64,000 bases of DNA, from the IMG/VR virus record IMGVR_UViG_3300033067_001661, positions 205,624-269,623 of that record. One strand, 5' to 3'. Positions 1 to 9,540 of this stretch are shown here, in pieces (within the stretch, counting starts at the first letter, position 1; each line of letters begins with the position of its first letter). The stretch is from a virus (lineage: Duplodnaviria; Heunggongvirae; Uroviricota; Caudoviricetes). Made by a program: the position numbers and the translations under genes. The notes below the pieces were generated by a model. It saw nothing but the letters and a program-made list of their open reading frames with translations. It had not been told where the DNA came from and did no database searches.

Positions 1-329
1 GAAAGCATCTTATTAAACTTGAAAATGAATCCAGCAAGCCATTGCTGAACATTAATCGCAGAGTTAGGCAAAATCCTTGGCTTTGAAGGAGGGAGATTAG
101 ACTCTGAAGCGCTTGAAGACGGAGACGAAGGCATTGCTTTAGGAGCGTTTGGAGTAGCCTTAGGCGCAGTAACAGGAGTATTCCCTCTCATAAACGGAGG
201 AATATTAGGCCCGTATTGAACAGGCGTAGAAAGCTCGTCTTGCGAAAAAGGAGGCTGTTTATAAGGCCTAAGCGTAGCCTCTTTAGAAAAAGCCTCTTTC
301 ATCAAATTCATAAATACTAGATTGTTCAT
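1..329 (-). CDS. Hypothetical Pro-rich protein, runs off the left edge (missing from ORF track)
   Basis: ATG at 329 with AGGAG upstream; frame open to the window edge (MNNLVFMNLMKEAFSKEATLRPYKQPPF...). Confidence 0.75.
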   Translation of the reverse strand, partial: MNNLVFMNLMKEAFSKEATLRPYKQPPFSQDELSTPVQYGPNIPPFMRGNTPVTAPKATPNAPKAMPSSPSSSASESNLPPSKPRILPNSAINVQQWLAGFIFKFNKML

Positions 330-358
330 CCTATAGCTCCTAACGTGTCTCTCCTACC

Positions 359-383
359 ATTCAACGGAATTGATAACTTTCCT
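359..383 (-). promoter_or_regulatory. Candidate phage promoter AGGA-N17-GAAT
   Basis: AGGA AAGTTATCAATTCCGTT GAAT in the gap upstream of the ORF starting at 329; resembles the sigmaH-type consensus. Confidence 0.45.
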
Positions 384-428
384 CCAAGTTTTAGGAGAAG
401 AATTATCATCCCATCTATTCAAATATCG

Positions 429-1202
429 TCAATCGTAGGATTCTACCTTTTGGCCAGATCCGTTAGAAGAATGACCATTATTCCTAGAAGATTCTCTAAT
501 ACCTTCCTTATACCTCTGGTCTATATCAGAGACGATCTTCTCTCTGACGCAAGAAGCGTAGTCAAGCTCAATAAATTCAAGATTATTGATACCTTGAAGC
601 CTATTGATAGCATCAGCAAGACCGTTTAGTTTAGAACCAAGGTCAGACTGTTCAACGTCGCCAGTACATACAATCTTCGATCCCTCTCCAATACGAGTAA
701 GCATCATTCGCATTTGCTGAACAGTTGAATTTTGGCACTCGTCAGCAACTATATAAGACCTCTTAAAAGTGCAACCTCTCATATAAGCAAGAGGATAGAT
801 AACGATCTTTTTACTTTCAATAAGGTTCTTGATATCGTCTTGACTTAGATAATCTGAAACAACTTCATACAAAGGCATAACAGCCCAACTCATTTTAGCG
901 TCGAAATTTCCGGGCAAAAAACCAAGCTTCTCGCCAGCCTCAACATACGGTCTTGTAAAAACAACTCTGTCATAATGACCTTTTAGCAATTCTTGAATTC
1001 CCCAACCAACAGCACAGTGTGTCTTACCTGTACCGGGAGCGCCGTATAAAAAGGTTACTTGATTTTCTGAAATAGCTTTGAGCGCTTTTTTCTGACCAGC
1101 ATTCTTTGCCGAAACCGCAATTAAAAGCTTCGAAGATGTACTATCAGCCAAAACAAGATCTTCGCCTCTTTTACCTTTCATGCCCTTCATTTTCTTAGCC
1201 AT
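429..1202 (-). CDS. phoH: PhoH-family ATPase
   Basis: GAPGTGKT Walker A, RPYVEAGEKLGFLPG, PLAYMRG, ADECQN, TRIGEGSK and GDVEQSD PhoH motifs; AAGGAG RBS. Confidence 0.95.
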   Translation of the reverse strand: MAKKMKGMKGKRGEDLVLADSTSSKLLIAVSAKNAGQKKALKAISENQVTFLYGAPGTGKTHCAVGWGIQELLKGHYDRVVFTRPYVEAGEKLGFLPGNFDAKMSWAVMPLYEVVSDYLSQDDIKNLIESKKIVIYPLAYMRGCTFKRSYIVADECQNSTVQQMRMMLTRIGEGSKIVCTGDVEQSDLGSKLNGLADAINRLQGINNLEFIELDYASCVREKIVSDIDQRYKEGIRESSRNNGHSSNGSGQKVESYD

Positions 1203-1233
1203 ACAAACAGACTCCTTTAGATGATTAAACTAA

Positions 1234-1297
1234 AAACCTTCCTCGCCTACGAAGGGTAGGCGGCAAGTCTGTTTTGACTCGCAATTAAGGAAGGTTT
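1234..1297 (-). ncRNA. Three-way-junction RNA element in the phoH leader
   Basis: P1 AAACCUUCCU/AGGAAGGUUU (10 bp), P2 GCGAGUC/GACUUGC (7 bp, one G-U that works only on minus), P3 CGCCUAC/GUAGGCG (7 bp), followed by a U-rich tract. Confidence 0.6.
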
Positions 1298-1341
1298 CAC
1301 TCAGCTAGCTCTCTAAAATAAACAACACAACGTAGTATATA

Positions 1342-1367
1342 TTACGAAACATCGCCAATAAGATCCT
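1342..1367 (-). promoter_or_regulatory. Candidate phage promoter AGGA-N18-GTAA
   Basis: Motif about 45 nt upstream of the phoH leader structure. Confidence 0.4.
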
Positions 1368-1368
1368 C

Positions 1369-1719
1369 TTATTTCGGCTTCATATTTTTACTTCTATTGA
1401 GAGCCTTAATACAAAGTTCATTTGCATTTCTAACTCTTATTTCACCAAGATCAAAAATGTATGAATTGTTCTTATCAAGAGTCCCGTCAATATACTTGAT
1501 AACCATTGGTGTATACAACGCTATACCCTTGCCGTCTGGCAACTCCAAAAATATTCGCTTTGCCATAGAAGGAAGAGCGTCAATAATCGGGTCTCCGCCT
1601 CTAACGATTCTATTTTTCAACTCTGCTGAAGGAAGAAAGAAAAACTCAATCTCGTCAGCAAGCCCTAACTGTTTTAGCTTTGCAAGAAATTCGCCCGGCG
1701 TTGGTTTATTATCATTCAT
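1369..1719 (-). CDS. Hypothetical protein (116 aa)
   Basis: ORF in operon orientation, fills the gap. Confidence 0.75.
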   Translation of the reverse strand: MNDNKPTPGEFLAKLKQLGLADEIEFFFLPSAELKNRIVRGGDPIIDALPSMAKRIFLELPDGKGIALYTPMVIKYIDGTLDKNNSYIFDLGEIRVRNANELCIKALNRSKNMKPK

Positions 1720-1727
1720 GCTTTATC

Positions 1728-1853
1728 TCATTTCTTAGGCTTACAACTTCCTTTAGAGTACGGCTCCTTTCCAGGAACAGGCTCGTACCCTTTCCAGCAT
1801 CGACCTTTTTTCTTCTTTTCCGCCTTGTAAGACTTTGATTCTATACTTTTCAT
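1728..1853 (-). CDS. Small basic CWKGY-motif protein (41 aa, missing from ORF track)
   Basis: MKSIESKSYKAEKKKKGRCWKGYEPVPGKEPYSKGSCKPKK*; GAGGA RBS; exactly fills the gap. Confidence 0.75.
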   Translation of the reverse strand: MKSIESKSYKAEKKKKGRCWKGYEPVPGKEPYSKGSCKPKK

Positions 1854-1868
1854 AACTATCGTCCTCTA

Positions 1869-3164
1869 TCAAACGCCACCACCAAACATATAACGGAACC
1901 ATCTCGACCTTCCGCCTGGCAATGTAAATTCTGGAACAGTAATAACTTTGGTTCTTGGATACTTACCGTACTTCTTCTGCTCAAGAAGCCTTGTGAACTC
2001 TTCTTCATAGTTTTTCTTCAAAGTTTCCATGTTAGAAGAAGCCTTCTGAGCAGCGTCGGCTCCGCCAAAGACTTGCTGAGGTTGTTGAAAATTCAAACAC
2101 ATAAGAATGTCTCGAATAGCGTCTTTCGCTGCTCCATAAAGCAAAATAGGTATATAAAGATCAGGAACGCTCAAGATACTATAAGCGCTTTGAGGAGGAT
2201 AGAAATTGACTATCGCCAACGCATTCAAAAGGAAACGGTCTAACTGTTCATCGCTAAACCACCTAAAGTTATAATCAGCATAAATCGTATCATAATCAGA
2301 AAGAGGCGAATCGAAAAGAACTGTACCATTGAAGTAGTTTATTTCATATCCACCCTCAACAAGCTTATTATTTCTGAAGATTCTCGTTCCATAAGCCTGG
2401 TTCCATCTACCAAAAGTAAACTTGTACTTTTGATTATCTATATCAGGAATGGATTGCTCATGATAAACAGGAATCTTCTGAGCGCAACAAATCATCTCAC
2501 TAAGAGCAACTCTTAGATCTCCAAAACGAGCGCCATAAAGTTGAATATCAGAGTTTAATGTATCTCCGCTTGGAGCTATGATAACCTCTTGAAGTTCCGC
2601 CCCTGTATAGCCATTAGCAACGTAATTCCATGTAACGAGATACTTCCCCGCTTCCAAGTCAGTAGGAATCGTCCAATCAAAAGTATAGAATCCAGGCCTA
2701 ATATAGTCTGGATTTACGTCAGTCAAAACAGGGCTTCCGTCTTTGGTTACGCTAAGAGTAAGAGTCTCTGCCTTCAACGGATTACCATGAACGTCTGTAA
2801 GGCTTAGAAACAAAGCGCATAAAGCTCCCTGAACAAATGTTCCTCTTGTATCTGGAACTGACTTTACAGGGGATTCTGAAATAGTAGAAAAAGGGCCAAG
2901 CGACTGAACGGCATAAACAGGATCTGAACCAAGCGATGAAACTATTTTCCAAGAAGCTGTATAGATAATACCGTCTTGTACAGTTAGATCATACTCATAA
3001 ACTCCAGTAGAAGAATTTGTAACAAGAGTTCCATTTGCAACAACAATTGTTCCGTCCTGTTTCTTTACTCCATAAGAAGAATCTTCTGAAGCAAGCTCAA
3101 CAGAATAAGCGTTGGTCAAAGAACCGTCAACTTTGTACTCAATGAATATTTTCTTAATAGCCAT
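1869..3164 (-). CDS. Head-tail adaptor/neck-like protein with N-terminal Ig-like modules
   Basis: C-terminal helical region FSDEQLDRFL...LLYGAAKDAIR resembles head-tail connector proteins; beta-rich N-terminal modules with G-x-Y-x-Y/F. Confidence 0.55.
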   Translation of the reverse strand: MAIKKIFIEYKVDGSLTNAYSVELASEDSSYGVKKQDGTIVVANGTLVTNSSTGVYEYDLTVQDGIIYTASWKIVSSLGSDPVYAVQSLGPFSTISESPVKSVPDTRGTFVQGALCALFLSLTDVHGNPLKAETLTLSVTKDGSPVLTDVNPDYIRPGFYTFDWTIPTDLEAGKYLVTWNYVANGYTGAELQEVIIAPSGDTLNSDIQLYGARFGDLRVALSEMICCAQKIPVYHEQSIPDIDNQKYKFTFGRWNQAYGTRIFRNNKLVEGGYEINYFNGTVLFDSPLSDYDTIYADYNFRWFSDEQLDRFLLNALAIVNFYPPQSAYSILSVPDLYIPILLYGAAKDAIRDILMCLNFQQPQQVFGGADAAQKASSNMETLKKNYEEEFTRLLEQKKYGKYPRTKVITVPEFTLPGGRSRWFRYMFGGGV

Positions 3165-3167
3165 TTA

Positions 3168-3692
3168 TCATCTAACTCCAGGCGTAATTTGCACAGAAGA
3201 ACCTTGCGTTCCTGTTGTAATATTGATAATTTCTGAGGCTGGAACCTTCTTGTTTTCGCCAAGAGTAATCTCAGGGCCTACAGATTGTGTTCCTGCTGTA
3301 ATCTCTATTGTTGTATTATTTCCTACGTCTGTTTCAGTGGAGTTTTCAACAACAACGCTCGAATGCCCAACATTAACGCTAACAGTTCCACCAGAACCTC
3401 CTGAACAAACTTCAGAAACTTTAACATCTAGATTCTCCGCTTCTTGCGGATTTACAGATACAAAAGCTAGTATATTGTTAGGAGAGCCTTGTTCATAAAA
3501 CTTAACGCCTCCTCTAAAACTATCAGGGAAAGACTCATAATGCCAAAGATAATAACCATTACCAACTTCATTAAACCCTGTCGAAACAGCACTACCAACA
3601 AGTGCCAAAGAAGAATCAACAAGCTGAGCGTTGAGAGTTACACCAGCCTTACTTGAACCTAAAGCAAGAGATATATCAAGAGTATACGCCAT
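3168..3692 (-). CDS. Virion-associated protein, paralog of the N-terminus of 12480..13487
   Basis: Shared GF-x-EVG-x-G-[YF]-Y-x-W-x-Y-x-x-FP-x-x-FRGGVKF segment. Confidence 0.65.
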   Translation of the reverse strand: MAYTLDISLALGSSKAGVTLNAQLVDSSLALVGSAVSTGFNEVGNGYYLWHYESFPDSFRGGVKFYEQGSPNNILAFVSVNPQEAENLDVKVSEVCSGGSGGTVSVNVGHSSVVVENSTETDVGNNTTIEITAGTQSVGPEITLGENKKVPASEIINITTGTQGSSVQITPGVR

Positions 3693-4138
3693 TATAAGGC
3701 TCCAGGAATAAGGTCTGTCATTCTCTTAATTGCAGCAAGAAGGTCAGCCTGTTCTTGCGTCAAACCTCCAGTTGCAACAGTAATAGCCTGTACTGGCTGT
3801 TGATAGTTTACTCTAACAACATAGTTGCCATTTGTATTCATAAATGGATCGCCACCGCCGTCTACAAGCAAAACCCCATTTGTTACATTTAGAGTATGAT
3901 TTGACTCTTGCGGTTTGATTCTCCATCCATTAGCCAAGAACGCATACAATGGAACAGACGTTCCGCTGCCAGGGTCAATTGGGTCTCCTCCTGAAACTAA
4001 AAAGGCTAATTCCCACTTACTATTATCGCTTGTCAAAACCCAATCTTTCCATCTGGAATACAAATCCTTAACGTCTAGAGTTGTTGTTCCAGTCGTTAGC
4101 GTAATAACTTTTTGAGAGCCGTCAAAAGAGTATCCCAT
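3692..4138 (-). CDS. Fibre-cassette protein (LYSxWKDW family)
   Basis: DVKDLYSRWKDW...NGWRI is similar to the N-terminus of 9541..11448. Confidence 0.6.
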   Translation of the reverse strand: MGYSFDGSQKVITLTTGTTTLDVKDLYSRWKDWVLTSDNSKWELAFLVSGGDPIDPGSGTSVPLYAFLANGWRIKPQESNHTLNVTNGVLLVDGGGDPFMNTNGNYVVRVNYQQPVQAITVATGGLTQEQADLLAAIKRMTDLIPGAL

Positions 4139-4151
4139 AAATCACACTACA

Positions 4152-7100
4152 TTACGGGTTGAGGTAATTCCTATCAATGACTTGCTGAACAGGGATAGAA
4201 ACAGATTCAGAAGTCAAGGTATACGGAATGGTCAAATGCAGATATCCGTAGTTCTGAATGACTATGTTTACATCGACATTTGCATAGTAATCGTATGTTA
4301 GAGAGAATGAGGTTCCGCTGCTTGTCGTTCCTCCAAGAGAAACGCCGTCCGAAGTTCTTACAAACGTAATCTTCGATCCTGTCTTAAGTCCCGTCAATGT
4401 AATAGTTGGAGTCGTTTCAGGATAAATAGCCGTTTTATCAACGGTTGTAAATATCATCAAACCGTCTATGTAGCTTGTAAAGCTTGGTCCTAAAGCAAAA
4501 CCATTCGTTGCCGAATTTGTTGCCCTGCCCGTAACTCCGCTTCTTATAACTTCTCCTGGAATGAAAGAGCCAGTAACACTTGACAGTCTAAGAGTTCCGC
4601 CTATACCTGACGCGCCTGCCTCTTCGTCGTCAACAACAGCGGTCGCTCCAGAAGTAGCACCATTAATGGTTTCGCCAATAACAAATCTTGAAGTAAATGA
4701 AGTATACTTCATAAACGTTGTTGCTGTAAACTTGATCTTTAGATAAAAACCAACGTCAGCGTCTGGTAGCGTTTCAGCAACGAGATTCTCTGGCGTAGCT
4801 TCCTTATATGCTCCATATCCAGAACCAGTATCTATTTTGTACTCAATCTTAAGACCATAACCTGTTGTTGCGTCATTACCGAAATCATTTACGTTTACCT
4901 TATAAGCCAAACCTCTAAAGGCTGTTACGCCATATATCTTATGAGGCCAAGTATACTCTATAGAATCGCCTGCGGTTTCAAAATACAATCTTCCGCTATT
5001 TGAGAACTTAGGACTACCTGATATTATTGCATATGGAGGCGTACTAAGAGTCGAGGCATTGAATGTCATAGCCAATGCGCCGTTAGTTGTTCCTTGATAA
5101 AGTTCATTGAAAATTGTATCGTATATTGTTGTATAACCGTTTGCAACTCCGTCAGTTGTCGAGGTTATAGTAGAGGTTGTTGCCGTTCCTGATAGAGGAG
5201 CAAAAGAACCCCCAACAACACCTTTGCATATCGTATTGATATAGTTATTGTTCAATGGAAGAGCATAAGAATTTGATCTTATATTCTGTAATATGAGTCC
5301 TGAGTTATTGTTTGTTGTTCCTGAAGTTCCGCCAAAAGGATAAATAGTGGCAGTGGCGTTGAATATGTTCTTAACATCCCAATCATAGATAAAATTGTTA
5401 TTGCATAGATTTGAAAGAGTAAGAATTGAGCTTGCTGCCGAGTTTGCATAATCAAAACCAACATCATATCCTATAAACTGATTATCAGAAGAAGTTGTCA
5501 AGCTTATAAGACCAGCAGTTATACCCCCTCCAATTTCAGTTAAGTTTCTAAATACGTTACCATTACTATTTGTCAATATCTGCGTAACGGTGCTGACGTT
5601 TACATGATTTGCTGTTCTGTTATTTACGCTAGGAGTAAAACCAGAAGATGTTCCAAGATAAAGTTCGTGCCATAAACCCGTTACAAGAGCGCCTGTGTAC
5701 GCTATACCTTGATGAGAGTCTTCTCCCGCGTTTCCTTTACTCCAAACTTGAATAAGAGAAGGTTCAAGAGCGCCTTGAGAAACAGACGTTGTGGTTGTTG
5801 CGACATAAGGAATGGCTGTTGCACCCGTATTTACACAAGGAGACGCTGCTATCATGCTTGCGCCGTTATTATTTATGGTTATAGTTGCCGTTGTACTAGC
5901 GCCTACAGCAGTAAAGGTAACAGATATTCTTTGCCAATCATATGTTGTAGTAAAGGCTTGAGACGAAGATCCAAAACTTATACTTCCCGCAACAGCAGTT
6001 TGAGGAGTAGCTATATCAGATCTTACATATACGGAGAACGTATATTGAATACCATTGGTCGTTGTGACTGACTGAGTAACAGTTGCATTATTACCAGAGG
6101 CAAGAAGTCTATCAGCGTTACCTGTAATAGCTCCCGTAGCCCAATAAGCTTGCGTTGGAGGGACATCAACGTTTACCGTAACAGTAACAGTTGTCTTTGT
6201 CCAAGAAGCATTAGAAAAATCGTCAGATTGTAAACAAAGATTCGTAACAGCAGTAGCAGCACCTTGAGTATAACATTCTTGCTCGGCTGACTCCGTTCCC
6301 CATGCAAAGTTCAAAGTACCAGAAACGGTTCCTGCATTAGCAACTGTAACGGTCATTGACGTATTTGAATCAACAGACTGTATTTGCGCATTTTGACCTA
6401 TGTTAGTTCCAAAAACATACATACCAGCAACTAGACCAAAAGTAAGAGTAACTCCAAGTATGTCTTGCGTTAGATTATTTGATAGAGTAATTTGATAATA
6501 AGAATCAACGCTTGCAACAGTTGTATTAGCTGGAACTCCAGTTCCAGAAACAGGCATACCAGCGATAATACCTACCGTATCAAAGTTAGATCCTATAGCT
6601 AGGATTATGTTCTTTCCAGATTTTCCTTTACAGTTTGTTATCGTTGCAACGGCATTAAAGTTACCTGACGTTGTTACGGTTGTTGAGCCTCCCGATCCAG
6701 AGCCAGTGCCGCCTGCTATTCTAACATTGTACTTTCTAAGAACGTAATAGTATGTTGTTCCATTAACAGGAGCGGATAACAAAAGACCGCCGTTATCATT
6801 CACAGTGACAGTAGCAGCAGTACCGTTTTGATAAAGCCTTGTTGTTGCGTCTCTTGTTGTAAATCCAGGAGTTGTTCCTCTATATATTTCGTAAACAACC
6901 GTTGCAGCAGAAGGCGCTCTTTGAGTCCAAGTTAGAGCGTTAGTAGCGGAACCTGTATTAATTGCGCCGAAGTTGAATGGATGGAATTTATCAGGACCAA
7001 TATAAGGAGTGGCAGAAACAACTCTGCTTTCATGATAGCTTGTTGGATTTCTCCAATCCTTAAATGTTCTGGCTTTGAAATAATACTTTGTTCCATCAAC

Positions 7101-9509
7101 AAGCCTATCTCCCGTTGACGGATCATAACCGTACCTTGCGCCAGAAGCATAAAGGAGTCTTCCGTAAAACATACCTTGAGCGGTTGTTATACCATTGAGA
7201 GTGTTGTTATTTGATCTAATGAAGTTGTTTACTGCGCAACCATAAATTTCCGTATCCGTAAGAGTACAATCAAAAACAGAATCGGAAAAATACAAACCAA
7301 AAGAAGAGCTTTTAATAGGACTTAGACAAAACAATCTTAGCTTATTGAAAGTTGCATTCTGCGTAAATGAAAGACCAAGGATACCCGTAACCGCCGCTGC
7401 GCTAGTAAGAGCTTGCGGATTAGAAACAACAATAGACAAATCCGTTATAGACGCATTCGAAATATAGCTCCATATAGCATTATTACCAAAACGGCCTCTA
7501 CGAGTTTGCCAAGCTGAAGTACCAAAGAAAAGCCTATCAGGATTCAAGCCCATACCAACGGATTCGATAACAAGCGAATAAGTTTCTGCAATAAGCGGTA
7601 TTATTGCAAAACCACAGTTTTTCAAAGAACAAATCTTAGCCTGAGTAAAGTTGTTATATGATTCTGAGAAAATAGCTTTATCAACAGTTATGTTACCACC
7701 AGACGTAAGCAATATATTAGCGCTTAATACCAAAGAAGAAGTTTGCAAGCTTGCGGGAGTTAAATCATCAACAACAATATTTGGGACTCTAACCTTAGCT
7801 CCGCTAGGGACTACGTTACCATTTGTTCCGTCACCAAATCTTATAGTTGAAGTTAGCTGAGATTTGTAAGGATTATAGATAGTATATGTATTAGGACCAG
7901 CAGAAGCTGTAGTTACCTGATTCAATCTAAGAACTGTTGAAGATACTACAGCGTCAACAACGGAGTTGGCGGGAATGCCCGTTCCGGTTATCGCTGCGCC
8001 CTCTATAACTCCTGTCGTTGATGTAACAGTAACATACTTAGAAACAGTAGAAACACCGCCTGACAAAGAGATAGGGCCGCAAGACACAACAGTTCCGCCA
8101 CCAGACGTATCTGCGTCTTGAGTAAAGAACTTTCCTCTTTGATCAACGCTAACGCCGCTCAATCCATCTCTAAGAAGAGTTGGTATCTTATCATAAGACC
8201 CTGTTACATTGTTCCAAATCTCATATATTCCAGTTCCGCTACCCGTTTCAACCCAAACGCAAGGACAATGATTCCTATAAGGCAAGGTCATTGTTTGATT
8301 AGAAGAACCACTACCAGTTCCTATTTCAATCCAATTACCAGTAATCTCAACCGTTCCAAGACCGCTTGCAGGAAATATTGAATTAACAGTTGCACCTGTA
8401 TTACGACCCATAGCAAATTGTATTGGTGTCGAAGTTGAACTGTTTGTAATCAGTAATTTACCGTCGTTAATCGTTATGGTTTTCCAAAACTTAGTCTGGT
8501 CTGTATTGACTGTTATGGTTGAACCATTGTTAATAGTCAGTGTATCGCCAGAGTTCCACTTTATTGGAGTCTCGCAAACAGAAGTATAAGCGGCAGAGGC
8601 CAGTGTTCGACCTGTCCATGTAATACCATCAGGCGAAGTTGCAAGACCGTTGGTTGTTGCATTTGTTATTGCGCCAAAAAGCTTAAGACTGTTTGAGTAA
8701 GCAATAGAAGACCAGTTACCAGAAACAGGCAAAACTCTTTGAGTCCAATCTATTCCGTCAGTAGACGTTAGAGCGACAGTACCGCCTGTTGCAACTGCAA
8801 CAAAAACACCGTTTCCATAAGCTATGGAAGTCCAGTTTCCCGTTACAGGCAATGTATTGCAAGCATTCCAAGTAACACCACCGTCTGTTGAATATGCTCC
8901 TGCTGTTGAGTTATATCTCAAAGCAACAAGAGTACCGCCGCCAGCAGCAACGCATCTCCAATCACCAGAAGACGGCAATGTAGCTGCGCTCCAAGATGTT
9001 CCGTTTGTTGAATAAGCAGCAGCAGTTGAAGCGCCACCAGAAACAGCAGCAAAATTGCCATTTACAGAATCATAAGCAACAGATAGCCAGTTAGCAGAAG
9101 TTGGTAATGTTCTAGCTGTAAATGTTATGCCATCTGTTGAAGAAGCAGCAGCGGTTGACGAGGTTGTTGAAACAGCTACAAAGACACCTTCGCCAAAAGC
9201 AAGAGCCGTCCAAGCCGCCGTAGAAGGCATACCTGTCGCGTTGGCTGTCCATGTTGTACAATCATAAGAATAGTTAAGGGCTTGAGTTCCTGCCGCAACA
9301 GCAACAGCAACAGCGTTACCATTTCCGGCGGGGTCTCCGCAACAAACAGCGTTCCAAGAGTTTGCCGCAGAGAGAGCGTTCGTACCAGTTGACCACGTTA
9401 CGCCGTCAATAGACGTAGTTCTCGTTCTTGAGCCAGTGATTACCGCAGTAAACCCAACGCTATCAAGAACGTCAATGTTATTACTGACGTTTGCAATAAT
9501 TGCTGCCAT
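4152..9509 (-). CDS. Large fibre/receptor-binding protein (1785 aa) with BNR-like beta-propeller, beta-helix-like, FN3-like and CBM-like regions
   Basis: N-terminal S-x-DG-x-x-W and W-x-x-[IV]AYGNG-x-FVAV repeats; three G-x-x-[IV]-x-GT-x-[IV] repeats; LCLQSDDFSNASWTK CBM-like start. Confidence 0.7.
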   Translation of the reverse strand: MAAIIANVSNNIDVLDSVGFTAVITGSRTRTTSIDGVTWSTGTNALSAANSWNAVCCGDPAGNGNAVAVAVAAGTQALNYSYDCTTWTANATGMPSTAAWTALAFGEGVFVAVSTTSSTAAASSTDGITFTARTLPTSANWLSVAYDSVNGNFAAVSGGASTAAAYSTNGTSWSAATLPSSGDWRCVAAGGGTLVALRYNSTAGAYSTDGGVTWNACNTLPVTGNWTSIAYGNGVFVAVATGGTVALTSTDGIDWTQRVLPVSGNWSSIAYSNSLKLFGAITNATTNGLATSPDGITWTGRTLASAAYTSVCETPIKWNSGDTLTINNGSTITVNTDQTKFWKTITINDGKLLITNSSTSTPIQFAMGRNTGATVNSIFPASGLGTVEITGNWIEIGTGSGSSNQTMTLPYRNHCPCVWVETGSGTGIYEIWNNVTGSYDKIPTLLRDGLSGVSVDQRGKFFTQDADTSGGGTVVSCGPISLSGGVSTVSKYVTVTSTTGVIEGAAITGTGIPANSVVDAVVSSTVLRLNQVTTASAGPNTYTIYNPYKSQLTSTIRFGDGTNGNVVPSGAKVRVPNIVVDDLTPASLQTSSLVLSANILLTSGGNITVDKAIFSESYNNFTQAKICSLKNCGFAIIPLIAETYSLVIESVGMGLNPDRLFFGTSAWQTRRGRFGNNAIWSYISNASITDLSIVVSNPQALTSAAAVTGILGLSFTQNATFNKLRLFCLSPIKSSSFGLYFSDSVFDCTLTDTEIYGCAVNNFIRSNNNTLNGITTAQGMFYGRLLYASGARYGYDPSTGDRLVDGTKYYFKARTFKDWRNPTSYHESRVVSATPYIGPDKFHPFNFGAINTGSATNALTWTQRAPSAATVVYEIYRGTTPGFTTRDATTRLYQNGTAATVTVNDNGGLLLSAPVNGTTYYYVLRKYNVRIAGGTGSGSGGSTTVTTSGNFNAVATITNCKGKSGKNIILAIGSNFDTVGIIAGMPVSGTGVPANTTVASVDSYYQITLSNNLTQDILGVTLTFGLVAGMYVFGTNIGQNAQIQSVDSNTSMTVTVANAGTVSGTLNFAWGTESAEQECYTQGAATAVTNLCLQSDDFSNASWTKTTVTVTVNVDVPPTQAYWATGAITGNADRLLASGNNATVTQSVTTTNGIQYTFSVYVRSDIATPQTAVAGSISFGSSSQAFTTTYDWQRISVTFTAVGASTTATITINNNGASMIAASPCVNTGATAIPYVATTTTSVSQGALEPSLIQVWSKGNAGEDSHQGIAYTGALVTGLWHELYLGTSSGFTPSVNNRTANHVNVSTVTQILTNSNGNVFRNLTEIGGGITAGLISLTTSSDNQFIGYDVGFDYANSAASSILTLSNLCNNNFIYDWDVKNIFNATATIYPFGGTSGTTNNNSGLILQNIRSNSYALPLNNNYINTICKGVVGGSFAPLSGTATTSTITSTTDGVANGYTTIYDTIFNELYQGTTNGALAMTFNASTLSTPPYAIISGSPKFSNSGRLYFETAGDSIEYTWPHKIYGVTAFRGLAYKVNVNDFGNDATTGYGLKIEYKIDTGSGYGAYKEATPENLVAETLPDADVGFYLKIKFTATTFMKYTSFTSRFVIGETINGATSGATAVVDDEEAGASGIGGTLRLSSVTGSFIPGEVIRSGVTGRATNSATNGFALGPSFTSYIDGLMIFTTVDKTAIYPETTPTITLTGLKTGSKITFVRTSDGVSLGGTTSSGTSFSLTYDYYANVDVNIVIQNYGYLHLTIPYTLTSESVSIPVQQVIDRNYLNP

Positions 9510-9540
9510 ACTCTATTATCGCCCCAAACTGATTTATGCG

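Noticed and set aside
345-629. Short plus-strand ORFs in the track (345..629, 1397..1738, 3112..3498, 28117..28587 and others)
   Set aside because: They overlap supported minus-strand genes and lack recognisable protein features
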